This document shows positions 12,221-23,935 of a stretch of 64,000 bases of DNA, piece after piece. The notes beneath the pieces were generated by a model. It did no database searches and was not told where the DNA came from. It was given only the letters and a program-made list of their open reading frames with translations. The first letter of the stretch is position 1, and each line of letters begins with the position of its first letter. The stretch is from Callorhinchus milii (taxonomy: Eukaryota), in assembly GCF_018977255.1 (NCBI RefSeq), contig NW_024704743.1:29204001-29268000 (forward strand). The letters run 5' to 3'. Both the position numbers and the translations under genes were made by a program.

Positions 12221-13639
12221 GATTTGCAGATTAACTGGGATGTTGAAGATCCCATGACACTATTTAAAAAGAGAAATAAGTTTCTCTCTGAGTGTCGGCC
12301 AACAATCCTCAATTAAAGTTGTCATTAAATTCATAGCTATTTGTGGCACTTTACTGTGTGCAAAATGACTGTTGTGTCTGCCAAGATATTACACTTGACA
12401 GCAAGCACTTGAGAAGTGTTTTGTGTCAATACAATACAAATTTACATTTATTTAGCACCTTTTACATCGGAGGACATCCCAAGATGCTTAACAATCCTGG
12501 CTTGGCACCTGAGCTTGGAGGTGTGAGCTGAGGGGAGTGGAACATTTAATGCTATAAAATATAATTTTCTGTCTTTTGACTCGTGTTGGAGGGAGGAAAA
12601 CCAACAGACAGTCAAATCTTATACTTCACTTAAATTACTTTCACCTTTAAATCCATTCTAGAGTCCCTTCGACAAGGTCTATCTCAAGAACTACCTCTTT
12701 GCCCTGCTTTCAGCTATCTTTCCTCTCCAACCCTCCCTCTAGCCCAGCTCCTTCAGCCTCTCCTCATCATCTCTAATGGCGGCACACATTCTTTAAGCTA
12801 TTGCTTTATTGCTTTAAGTGAGGTGATCTGTCTCAATTAGGTTGTGCTTTGTGCATTTAACACCATTACTTGTGCTTTCAGAACAAGTGTAAAATCACAT
12901 TTCAATCTAGTGCCTGCTGCCAACATGCTGCCAATGGGTTTGGTGTGAGTTGGCTCAGCACTCTGACTGGAATCACTGGTAATGATGCCTAAAGACACCT
13001 TTGAGAGAGGGCGAGTTTAGCCCTGTTTAGTGATGCTGTGGGCGGGTGAGTTAGCTCAGACCGAGAAGAAATACATCGTAGGAGGATTGTGTCTGAAGGG
13101 TAAGAAGGATGATGGTGACATAAGATATTGCGTAGGAGAGTTAAGTCTGAAGGGATGAATGCTGTCACGGCTCACAGTCTGAATGAACTCTGTAATAACT
13201 CACCTGAATAGCTCCATTACCTGACACATTCCCAGTATTTACAGCTAAAACCGCTTAAACACCTTTAATCCTTGAACAAAGCAAAACTGAATATAGGATT
13301 AGGCTAATCCATGGAAGAGATTACAGCACAGACTTTGTTCTGTTGCTAGTTTGTAAAGTAAAGTCAATCTGAAACTCTTCTTTAGCCAGCGAGCCCTTGT
13401 CAATAAACCTAACAGGTCCGGACAGCAGTAATTTACACTACATTTTATCCCTTCTAATTCTCCCAGATCCTACTCTTTATTTGCAGCAATCTCTTGGACA
13501 GGAGAGAAGGTTATTCAGCAGGAGGCTAGCACAACACAGTAATGCTATTGCTTTCTTTACAAATTACCAGTACATTCACAGTCAAAACCCTTCTACTCAT
13601 TGCTTTGTGTCACCTCCACCACACTCCTACACAGTCAGG

Positions 13640-13835
13640 CCCCACACTCAGATTTGAGCTCATAATCTCGGTTGACACTCCAGAGGCTTGAGGCACTGTT
13701 GGGAGTTGTCATCCTTTGGGTTAGATGTCGCACACTGGGTCTCCATTAAACATCTAATGCAAAGGATGAGTTAAGAGATTCCATGGCACTGCTATGATGA
13801 AGAGCCGAGTATTCCGCTAATGTCTTGAACAATAA
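13640..13835 (+). mobile_element. DeuSINE-like fragment, old
   Basis: ttgagctcataatctcggttgacactccag...gagattccatggcactgctatgatgaagagc resembles the Deu domain and the copy at about 59780-60160. Confidence 0.55.
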
Positions 13836-14199
13836 TGTAGCACTAATCCCCCCCATTAGGCAGATACGGACGCACATGCAACCCTCCCACTATGCACCCA
13901 ATAATACAGGTTTCATATCAAGGGAAGGAAACCCAGAAAAGTAAGAGCAATACAACAACCATGGAGGGAGGGGCACAAGCATCTTAGGTTGTGGACAGTA
14001 CCTGCCCCCTCTCTTACAGATCCATGCTCTGGCCTGGAGCCAGGGCAAGGTCTCCACCCTTCTCAGACCAGCCTAAGCCCCAAGGGAGAGACAGCAGTGT
14101 CATGTTAAGAAGGCACGAGGTCCGTCCTCAAGTCTACCTGCCTTGAGGGCCTACAATAATATGCTCACATCCAAATTCACTAAAAGATGAATTTGGTCA

Positions 14200-14630
14200 T
14201 TACAATTCAATTATTTTATAATTATACAGCACCTTTCATGTCAGGACGTTGTCTCAAAATGCTTTGCACAGCTGACTGGGAACCCAACCTACGGTGGGGG
14301 GTGGGGGGGGGGCGAGTGAAGAGTGGGGGAGAAAGAGGGGAAGGGGGGGAGGAAAGAGGGGGAGGAAAGATGACCAAAAGGCCTGTCAAAGAAATAGATC
14401 TTGAGATGGGTTTGAAAGGTAGGCATGGGGAGAGAGGGGCTGAGTCGGAGGAGATGGGAGTTCCAGAGAGCAGGTGCAGAATGGCTCAAAGCTTGCCTAT
14501 TGATGGTGGGTGGATAAGGTGGATGACTCAAGCAGGTCATGGATCACTGAGCAGAGGTCACAGCTGGGTCAGTAAGTTTACAGAAGAAGAGTTGGGTGAG
14601 GCCATGTAGGGATTTGAATGCGAGGACAAG
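14200..14630 (-). mobile_element. L2 LINE 3' fragment
   Basis: The reverse frame reads PTINRQALSHSAPALWNS..FQTHLKIYFFD, followed by an L2 tail. Confidence 0.8.
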
Positions 14631-14904
14631 ACGCATTCATCTCGTTGCTGTTTGTGAGATGTTGCTGGCATAGATTCATAGTTGCATGTGCATAAATAAC
14701 AACTGTCATTTATTGTGTGAAGATCTTTGAAAATATTTTGATGTGATAAGATCCCACATCAAATGCAAGGATTTATTATTGCTGTTTTTGTCCCCTTTAA
14801 AAGCCAAGGTTCCATGCATTACACATCAGATATTGTGTGGTCTTACTGCAAATTAATTGTTGTGGTTTCTCCTCATCATTATTTCTCCTCCAATTTCCGT
14901 CCTG

Positions 14905-15100
14905 AAGGCACCGATCCAATCAGCATTGGACCCTTGGCTGATTCTCCCTTCCCTAATTCGGGGGCATTAAAGCCAATTTAGTTCTCTCAAATTCTGTCCT
15001 ATCTGATATCAGCTGACTCAGCACATACCAGGATTCAAACCTGCAACTTTCAGTTCTGTATAGCACAGTCATGTGTCAGTAATTGCCTTTACTCATTACC
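14905..15100 (-). mobile_element. Ancient tRNA-like SINE fragment (same family as 63490-63875)
   Basis: The reverse complement reads ggtttgaatcctggtatgtgctgagtcagctgatatcag...ttagggaagggagaatcagccaagggtcc. Confidence 0.6.
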
Positions 15101-18100
15101 CCATGAGCCAAAGTTCTGAAATGGGTGGAAAATGTAATAGTCAAATTATACTGCAGAACAGATACAGAAAATTCCAACCAACATTATGGCGAGGGACAAT
15201 GGTAGGTTTGACAGCACATGTATGCAACCGATACACTAAAAGAAATAACAGTCGATTTCTGCGTCATTGGGTCATTGCAATGTCACTTCCAGTATGTGGT
15301 GCATTAGCAAAGCGACAGTGATCTAATGATATGGAAGTTGACCATTTTAGTGCATGAAGCCAGCTGGTGGGTGGGAAGCAAGCAGTTCATTTACAATATT
15401 CCCAATGAGTAGGTTACACAATACAAACATTAATTTGTGCTAGGCTCCTTTTTCCTCCTTCTGGGGTGAATTTATGGAGCTGCACTGTATTATTGGTTAT
15501 GGAAAATTGCATTTTTCACCTAAATATTTATTTCACCTTGCTAAGTCCTAGTTCATTCTTCACTTTCTTAATGTAGCACAAACATTTGTGAACACACTGG
15601 ACATGAGTTTAAAGGGGATACTTACACAAGAACTGGTCCACTATCTGTTATTTTTATTTGTTTGCTTTGGCATAAAGAATAATAATTAATAATAATAATC
15701 CTTGTATTTTATATAGAGCTTTTAACATTGGGAGGAAGTATCAAGAAAAGAGTTGTCTCACCATTTTAATGTTAAGATGCTCCTAACCACACTAGTCCAG
15801 TAATTCCTTATATATCCAAATCTGTTTCACACAAAACTGATCTATTCTGACTTAATCCATAGAAATGGATTCTCATAATTCCAATTTACAACACGAAAAA
15901 GATTTGCTAAATTGGGAATTAACCATTCTTTTGAAAGTGACTAAAATTCACACCACTGTTTCTGTGTGTTAGATTTACTTGTTTCTGTGCTGGGTTTCAT
16001 CTTGGGTTCCTTCTACTCTATGTATAGCTCTTAATAGCTGAAAATCCTGTGGTACAATGAAAAGGAAGGATATGGGTTCCTGGCCACAATCTCCCACATG
16101 GTGAGTTGCTGACTTCACCTGTGTTGCTATGGGTAACTCTGAGTAAACACAGGAACATGCTCACAAGGGTATGCAGCGGCAGAGGAGGGGGATAAGAGAG
16201 ACCGACAACCAAGAGCAAAATGATCCCTGGAAGAAGGAAAAAGGAGACAAATGCCTTTAAGAGACGAATAAATAAATCTTTACCGCCCTTTAACAATGGT
16301 AAAGTGAGATGGGCCATTGTACAAAGGAGAAGTATCGACTAATGCAAAATTCTTCTGGTTAAAAACAAAAACTATAGAAATTAAGTAGAATTAAATTGGA
16401 CATACACTTCATGGCTGTTTGTGGGACACTGTTGTACGGAAATGGGATGCCATGCTTGTCTACAAATCACTTTGAGGTACAGTATTTCATCTGGGTGAAA
16501 CAGAAATACATATGATAAATATAGTCTGTTAATCAAAAAAAATCTTGAGACATAATTCAGCAAAGTATAGGGAATGGTAGTTTTTACCAAACAGTAGCAG
16601 ACAGACATATTTGTGGCTGTAAAGCACTGCTGTTAGATTTCCAAGTATGAAAGCTCCTTAAAATGGTTGCATTGCTTTAAGTGAGTGTAAGTGGGATCTA
16701 AACATCTCAGAAAGGCTCAAGGTCAAGCAGCACAATCCTTTCAAACAAATTTACAGACTTGGAAGTAAGAAGGATAACACTGCTATATAACCACAAATAT
16801 GTCTGGGTAACATTGGATTTCTTGAATGTCAGCATCTAATTTCAACAGTCCTTGTCCAAGACTGTGTAATTTTAACTACTGCCAGAGGAACTAGATGCCG
16901 TCTTCTGTCACACATAAACATCAGTTATGTGAGTTAATTAAATGTAGATTGATAGTTTGAATGTGTATGGTTGCCCTTTGTGGCATACTGTGCTCAGCCG
17001 CTTAAACTTAAACCACCAAATGGCAACATTGAGTCCTGCTTGGGTTTGCTGACCAAATGCTCATTAATTCCAACTGTTTCTATCTATTAAGACAATCCTA
17101 TATAGAACCTACCACTCCCCAATCAGGGCAATTAGTCCGCGTCCTTTTTGTGCCCTCCCCCCCACTCCCCTCCACAGCTCTCCCTCCCTCTTGTTCTCCC
17201 ACCAACCCCCTCAAAGGGGAAACTAAATCAAACCCATCAACACTGATCCTTGTGCCTTCAAAAATCACACATTGCAGGAAAAACAAGCAGAGAAAGAGAC
17301 AGAGAGAGATCCACGTTTGTTTATAACACACAGAAGCTATAATTGACATGACTTTTGGTATCTGGCTTTTACTCACTCTCCTCATGAACCTTTGGAGAAC
17401 ATAAAGTTACCAAAATGAAAGCAGAGGTTTCGCTAAACATGAAAAATATGCAGCGTAACAACATGAACCAACACAAAATGCACTTAAAACACAAGCCAAG
17501 AACAAAATCACTTACTTCATTTCCAAATCTTGAAAATAGGTTGGAAAAGCATGCAAAATAACCTAGGGCACTGTGCACCAAAGGGCAGTGCTTGAATACT
17601 GGACCTTCAGCACTTTGTTTGCCCATCTTGAAAGGTTTTGAGGTAGTCTGACACATTAAACTGCTGCAGTGGCCTCCCTTCACACTTTGTTTACTTCCAC
17701 ATTCCACTTAACTTAACACAGCCTCAGGTGCTTTGCAACATCCAGCATTGCTCTGATGCATTTTGTTGTTGGATTAAGTATTTCATTATCAACGGGATGT
17801 CACTATTATGCAGAACCATTATTGGACAAAGAGAAACTCTCTCTCTGAGTCTAGTTAAATTAAATGAATTAAATTAAATTAAAGCATTAAACAATAATGT
17901 TTAGAAGCAACACTAAGCAAAACAAAAGAAATATAGGGAAGTTTCTCCCCTTCAGCAAATAGTAAAAAGCTTCAGGAATCTATATAGAAATAAGCTTTCC
18001 TCGTCCCCAGAGAAAGTTTCACTATTTGGATTATGGAAGACTGTATATACTGCAGCATATCAAATGCAAAGATTATTACTACAACACAGAAATAAGTATA

Positions 18101-18164
18101 AAGCGCTCTGAGACGCTGTCCGGCGTGGAGGGCGCTATATAAATCCAAGTTGTTGTTGTTGTTG
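18101..18164 (+). mobile_element. Solitary L2-type 3' stem-loop plus (TTG)n module
   Basis: aagcgctctgagacgctgtccggcgtggagggcgctatataaatccaag(ttg)n, flanked by a (g)tata direct repeat. Confidence 0.75.
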
Positions 18165-18379
18165 TATATGCAGAACGGTTGAAGTACATTAGGTGACTGG
18201 TTTATCCTGATTGCTCATTATCTCCTGTTCCTCGTATATATTAATGAGCTTGATTCGCAGACCCAGTGTAAGGTTGTTAATTTTGCAGATGACAGCAACA
18301 ACAAATTATACTTGTACAGCACCCTTCACATTGGAAAGACGACCCAGGGTGCTGGACAATCAGGGGTTTGGGACTCAAG

Positions 18380-19150
18380 CTGGGGGAAACTGTGAACTAA
18401 GGAGACTGTGAAGATCCTACATAGAGAGTTTGATAGGACCTGCATATGCGGCTCAAAACTGGCAAATGAGGTTTAATATGGATAAATGCAAGACACTACA
18501 TATAGAAAACACATGCACCAAGGGGTGTTAGTTGACCCTTTGCTCACCACATCAAGATTGTAAAAGACAGTAATAAACTAGGCAAATAGGATACTGGACC
18601 ATATTGCCAAATCAATTGAGTTCAGATCCCTGGATGACAAACTCAAGCAATATAGTGGTCTAGTCAAATCGCACCTGGCGTACTGCATACGGTTCTGGCT
18701 GCTGTGACAAAAGGGGGCTTCCCAGGTCCTACATGCAGTTCAGAGCAATAAGCAATGATCTACGAGTGACAATTAGACAAACTTGGGAGTCTTCAGTCTT
18801 TCCAAGATACACTTTAGAGGGGCCCTTTTAGAAATGCAGTACGTACAATTTTAAATGGGATTGAAAAAGTAAATGCAGAACAATACCTTCAATTGTGCCA
18901 AGACAGCAGAACAAGACAACACATGTGCAGGGTTGTAGAGGGCAATTTCAGAACATATATCAGGAAATATTTAACCATAGGGTAAATAATGACTGGAACA
19001 GGTTACCAGGAAGGGCGGGTAAAGTCAGGATACTGATTCATTTAAAAAAACAGCTTGATACTGCAACAGGAGGTTGGTACGGTGGGTATTGTGGAAGGAA
19101 GAAATCAAATAGGCTGAAGAGTCTTTGTCGTCTGAATATTTCCTGTGATT
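18380..19150 (+). mobile_element. CR1 LINE 3' fragment, decayed
   Basis: It contains the WQMRFNMDKCKTLH and FNHRVNNDWNRLP remnants of CR1 ORF2. Confidence 0.85.
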
Positions 19151-19489
19151 ATTTAAAGCCTTAATCTGTGGATCTGGATGTAACACTGAACTAATAGAAT
19201 TCACAGGAATCCACTGAGTTCAGTGGAATCTTATTATAGTGTGCTTTGTTTATAATGATTGGGTTGTGGACCCCAACATTTTCTTAACTAAAAATCCAAT
19301 ATCTCGACAATGTGCAAACTAAATTGTTGTCACAATTCAAATTACGCTTTGAATCCCATTGATGTACTTCAGCGCAGCAATGAGATGTGAAGTGTGATGG
19401 AGCTGGCCATCTTTCTGCACACGTGAGCAGCGATGTCTTGGGCAAATGCAACTTGGGCTAATAACCCATGGGCTAACCATATTCAAATA

Positions 19490-19674
19490 ATAATTTGGTC
19501 ACTCAATCCACGACTGTTTGTGGGACACTGCTGTGCAAAATTGGTTGCCTCGTTCCACCCACAAAATATAGTCAATTCACTTTGCAGTATATTGTGTGAA
19601 GCTCTTTGAGACGTCTAGAAGTCGTGATAAGGGGCTATATCAAATGCAAAGATTATTATTATTGTTATTATTAT
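19490..19674 (+). mobile_element. SINE 3' half
   Basis: ttggtcactcaatccacgactgtttgtgggacactgctgtgc...ctatatcaaatgcaaagattattatt. Confidence 0.8.
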
Positions 19675-20192
19675 AAATGTTTGCAAGCATCCTTGATTCT
19701 GCAACTAAACAAATTATAAAAGTTTACAGGTGATTCTGGTTCCTCTTTCAATGGTTAATTACATAAATAAAGGCACGTGCATTCATTTGGAAGAAAGAAC
19801 TTGCATTTTCATAGCTGTTTATTTCATCTCAAAGTCCTTTAGAGTATTCATGGTCAAGTGTAGTAAGTGTTTTGTAGGTAAACATGTTATGAAGTGAATG
19901 ACCAATTCATCTTGAAGATTCAAGATGAAATATCTTAAAAGGAATCAGGTACAAGGGTATGTGGAAAGGTAAATGGAACTGAAAGGATTGCTCTTAAAGG
20001 AGCCAGCACAACACAATGGCCTGAATGGCCTTCTTCTGTGCTATAAATTTCTATAATTTAGTTTTTGGGCACAGGCTATTGGCACAATCTGCGTTTTAGA
20101 CCCAGTCTGAATTTGATCCAGTGGAGAGTACGAAAAGCTTGCCAAGAAGAGAATATTGTCTAACAAGCAGCCAAATGGGCTTCCCTGAAGAT

Positions 20193-21537
20193 GCCCATAG
20201 CACGGAAACCACCCTGATCAAGGTCACCAATGACATCTTGACCATCTGCAACCAGGGCTCCCTCTGCCTCCTCACCTATCGGCCACATTCGATACGGTCG
20301 ACCACTCTATCCTCTTCCACCGCTTGTCCTCCCACCTCAACCTTCAAGGCCCTGTCCTTGAGTGGTTTAGGTCCTACCTCTCCCACCGTCTTCATTTTGT
20401 CTCTGCAAACGGCTTTTCCTCCAGCCCCCGCACTGCCTCGTGCGGTGTCCCTCAGGGCTCTGTCTTCGGTCCCCTCCTCTTCACCCTCTATATGCTCCCC
20501 CTTGGTGACATAATCTGCACACATGGGGTTAACTTCCACATGTATGCGGATGACACCCAACTCTACCTTTCCTCTTCTACCCTCAACTCCACGACCACCG
20601 ATGTCCTGACAGCCTGTCCGACATCGAGTCCTGGATGAGAGACAACTTTCTTCAGCTCAATGTGCGCAAAACTGAGGCCCTCCTGATTGGCTCACGTCAG
20701 CGCCTCCGCACCTCAGGCGCTGACAGCATCAGCATCCAAGGCTGCACTCTCCACCTCTCAAAGCCAGTCAGGAACCTCGGTGTTCTGTTCGACCCTGAGC
20801 TGTCCTTTCTTCTCCACATCCGCACCACAACTGGCACCGCCTTCCACCATCTCCGGAACATCGCCAGACTACGGCACTACCTCACCCCTCACGCTGCTGA
20901 AACCCTGGTCCACGCCTTTATCACCTCAAGGCTGGACTATGGGACTCTCTCCTCGTCGGCCTTCCCGGCACCTCCCTCCACAAGCTGCAGGTCATTCAGA
21001 ACTCTGCAGCTCGTGTGCTGTCCCGCACCAGGCTTCGGGACCACATCACTCCCACCCTCGCTCGCCTCCACTGGCTCCCCATCCCCCAGAGGATCGAATT
21101 CAAGAGCCTCATCCTCACCTACAAGGCCATTCACGGCCTTGCACCCTCCTACCTCTCCGATCTACTATCCCCCTACCTACCTGCCCGTACCCTCCGTTCC
21201 TCTGGCTCCGGTCTGCTCCATATTCCCCGCCCTAACCGCCCTACCATCGGTGGCCGGGCTTTCAGCCTCTCAGCCCCGAGGCTCTGGAACTCCATCCCCC
21301 AGTGCCTTCGCCGCCTCCTCCCTTTCCTCCTTCAAGGCCGGTCTCAAGACCTTTCTCCTCAACCGTGCCTTCAGCTCCCCTCTCGACTCTCTATCCCCTC
21401 CTCGCTCCCTCCCTTCCCTCCCCTCACCCTGACCATTTCCCCCCTGCTTGGATCCCGACAAAACTGTCCAGCGCCTTGGGACGTCCTCCCGACGTGAAAG
21501 ACACTCTATAAATGCAATCTTGTTGTTGTTGCTGTTG
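20193..21537 (+). mobile_element. 5'-truncated L2 LINE with frameshifted reverse transcriptase
   Basis: Motifs [40 protein letters not shown] and LHWLPIPQRIEFK occur across several frames. It ends in a 3' stem-loop and (TTG)n tail. Confidence 0.95.
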
Positions 21538-22204
21538 CATGTCTGGGCTGTTCTGCCTTCTCTTTTGTAAAAGACAGGCGAACAAAAACTTTGGTGAACA
21601 AAAACTGAAGAGAGGGTTAACCTGATAGAGAAAAATATAAAGCTGGTTCTTTAAATGTAGTTCAAATTACCCCTTTCACAATACAACTGGAAATTGTTTA
21701 ATGCAAAAAGAATGCAAACGACTTTTAGAAGAAATATGTACTGGAGTGAAACTGCAGGATGCTGTTCTGTCGAAGATGGTCTGTGTTCAAGACACGTGCA
21801 CATACTGGATGATTTCATGCATTCCCCAAGTGTGTAAAATATCATCGCACAACAAGGGCTCAACCCTTCTTTCAAATTCACAGGCAAAGCCCATGAAGGA
21901 AAAAGTGGCAGCGGCACCAAAAACTGTGCTGAACTGTCAACACCTCCACTTCAGCATTGCAGAATCCATGCAACAAGCAGTGGGACTAAAAGTGAAGGTA
22001 TGTTTATTGCAAACTTTTTCCTAACTTCATACAACTGCCAAGACAACGTGTACCCAATGACCCGTAGCATTTCTCTAACAAAATGACAGCATTAGGGTAA
22101 TTTAATAGGTTTTACCAGGTCATTAGGGGAATTTAACAGGTGTTATGATTCAATGTATAGGAGCAGTGCAGGTTACTTTCAAATCACTTTTAAACTGTCC
22201 TTAC

Positions 22205-22301
22205 CACTTCAGTAGGTCTGTAGTACTTGGGATCAACCTTGATATGGATTGTTCCAGTTTCTTTGCACATTCCAACTTCATTTTCATCCTTTCCTTCCCA
22301 C
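22205..22301 (-). CDS. GMDS: GDP-mannose 4,6-dehydratase, next coding exon (97 bp; appears equivalent to human exon 9)
   Basis: The minus strand reads G+[32 protein letters not shown], containing the YYRPTEV motif. The acceptor is ttgtctttttctag| and the donor is |gtaagg. The first G completes the Val codon GT|G from the previous exon, so the frame is continuous. Confidence 0.97.
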
Positions 22302-23464
22302 CTAGAAAAAGACAAGAAGTGTTGATGATTTTATCAAAAAGGATTAACATAGTCCAGGCTGGAAAAAAGTACCTCAATAGCATTAACAATATCAGTGGTA
22401 GAAACTACTGGAATCCATATATGAGATCAACGTCCATCAGGGCTATTTTCAGACTGCAAGGGTTGAAGCACATTATTCTCCTTCTGAGAGTACTACAGAT
22501 TACAATACACAGCATCTTAATTTATTGCCAGAAGTACAGTACCAAATAAGATGCTACTTAAATACATTCAAATTTACCATCTCAAGGTGCAGAAAAAAGT
22601 TACTGATGCCAAGTACTCAGAGATGCTACCCTGCGTAAATGGCACTATATACAGTAAAAGTTGTTGTGGTGATGAATGTGACATTGTGACACAAAGTTGA
22701 GAGCAATGCCAAATAAAAAATAGCCATGTCTCTAAGAGGCTGAATTCTCAGAAACCTATTCTTGTCAAACAATTTATCAAATTTATAAAGATTCCTTTTC
22801 AACATAACAAATGTTTTCTCCATCACAGAAATAGACTGGAGACTGAATGGTGCAGGGCATTGGACATTGGTTCAAATTTCAAATCCAATCCAGACTGAAT
22901 GGAAGAAATTCTCTTAGTCTTGAGTGAAGTGGTTCATGTGAGAGAAGGTTGATCAATCTCAATCACGATCTTGTTGAATGTGCGCACATAACACAGAAAT
23001 ATTATAAATTGGAACTAAATTGGTTATCTCACTCAGAGAAGTCTCAGATTGTTGTTGTACAAAGTGGAAAATATCCTGTAGAAGTATATAGGGCTGCTCT
23101 TCATAGATTTGAGAGGATTACAAAGTGCTTTACTCTGCGTCAAAACTACATTATAACTAATGTGAGAGGACTTGGGACACTGACTTTGGGTGATCAAAAT
23201 AGGAAAATGTTCTATTCCTAGGATTAACATCCCTTAATTTGATCAGAATAAAAGTCACTAAAAATAAAGTTTAATGACGGAAGTGTGAAAACACCCTTTG
23301 ACGATATAGAATTTAAGTTCAAAATGCACAGAATGATTTTTTTTGAAAAAGGTACATTGTTTTATAAAATCATCCTAATAATCCTTGCATTTAGTATGCC
23401 ATTTTAACATGTCAGAAGGACATCTTGTGTGAAAGATTTAGCAATCCAAGTTGAAATAAAATAA

Positions 23465-23935
23465 ATATACACTTATAGTGCATTTCATGCTGGGAGGATG
23501 TCTCATAGTGCTCGAGAATTATGGCTGGGGATCTGAGCTGGTGGTGGGAGATGAGGGGATGGGGAAGGGAAAGATGACTGAAAGTGCCATCAAAAAGATA
23601 CTTCTTCAGACATGCCTTGAATGAGGGAAGGGAGCGAGTGAGTTAGAGGTACTCCAGGACGGAGTTCCAGAGAGTAGGGTGGAATGGCTGAAAGCTCGCC
23701 AGTGAATAGTCAGGCTGAAAGGATGGGGAACATGAAGTAGGCCAATTTTTTACTAAGTGAAGTTAGCAGCTGGGTTAGTGTGGTTGAAGGAGGTGGCAGA
23801 ATGTGGTGGCGAAGGCTGAAGAGGGATTTGAATGTCAAAACAGAGATGTTGAACTTGATGGCGAGCGAGAATAGGAGTGATAGGAACGTGGATCCTAGTG
23901 CAGGAGGGGACACGACTACAGCGTTCTAGATAGAC
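23465..23935 (-). mobile_element. L2 LINE 3' fragment, old
   Basis: The reverse strand encodes IKFNISVLTFKSL and has ctctggaactcc and an L2 tail. Confidence 0.75.

Noticed and set aside
1..22200. Downstream GMDS exons (DFLQGD.. and terminal exon), and the upstream NFVTRKI..DWGHA exon in 40140-64000
   Set aside because: I did not find them by eye on the minus strand. They are presumed to lie outside the window.
22201..22389. ORF-track ORF overlapping the GMDS exon
   Set aside because: It is in the wrong reading frame. The true exon frame is set by the splice sites and GMDS homology.
22850..22975. Possible LF-SINE-like remnant
   Set aside because: The similarity is too weak to support without a profile search.
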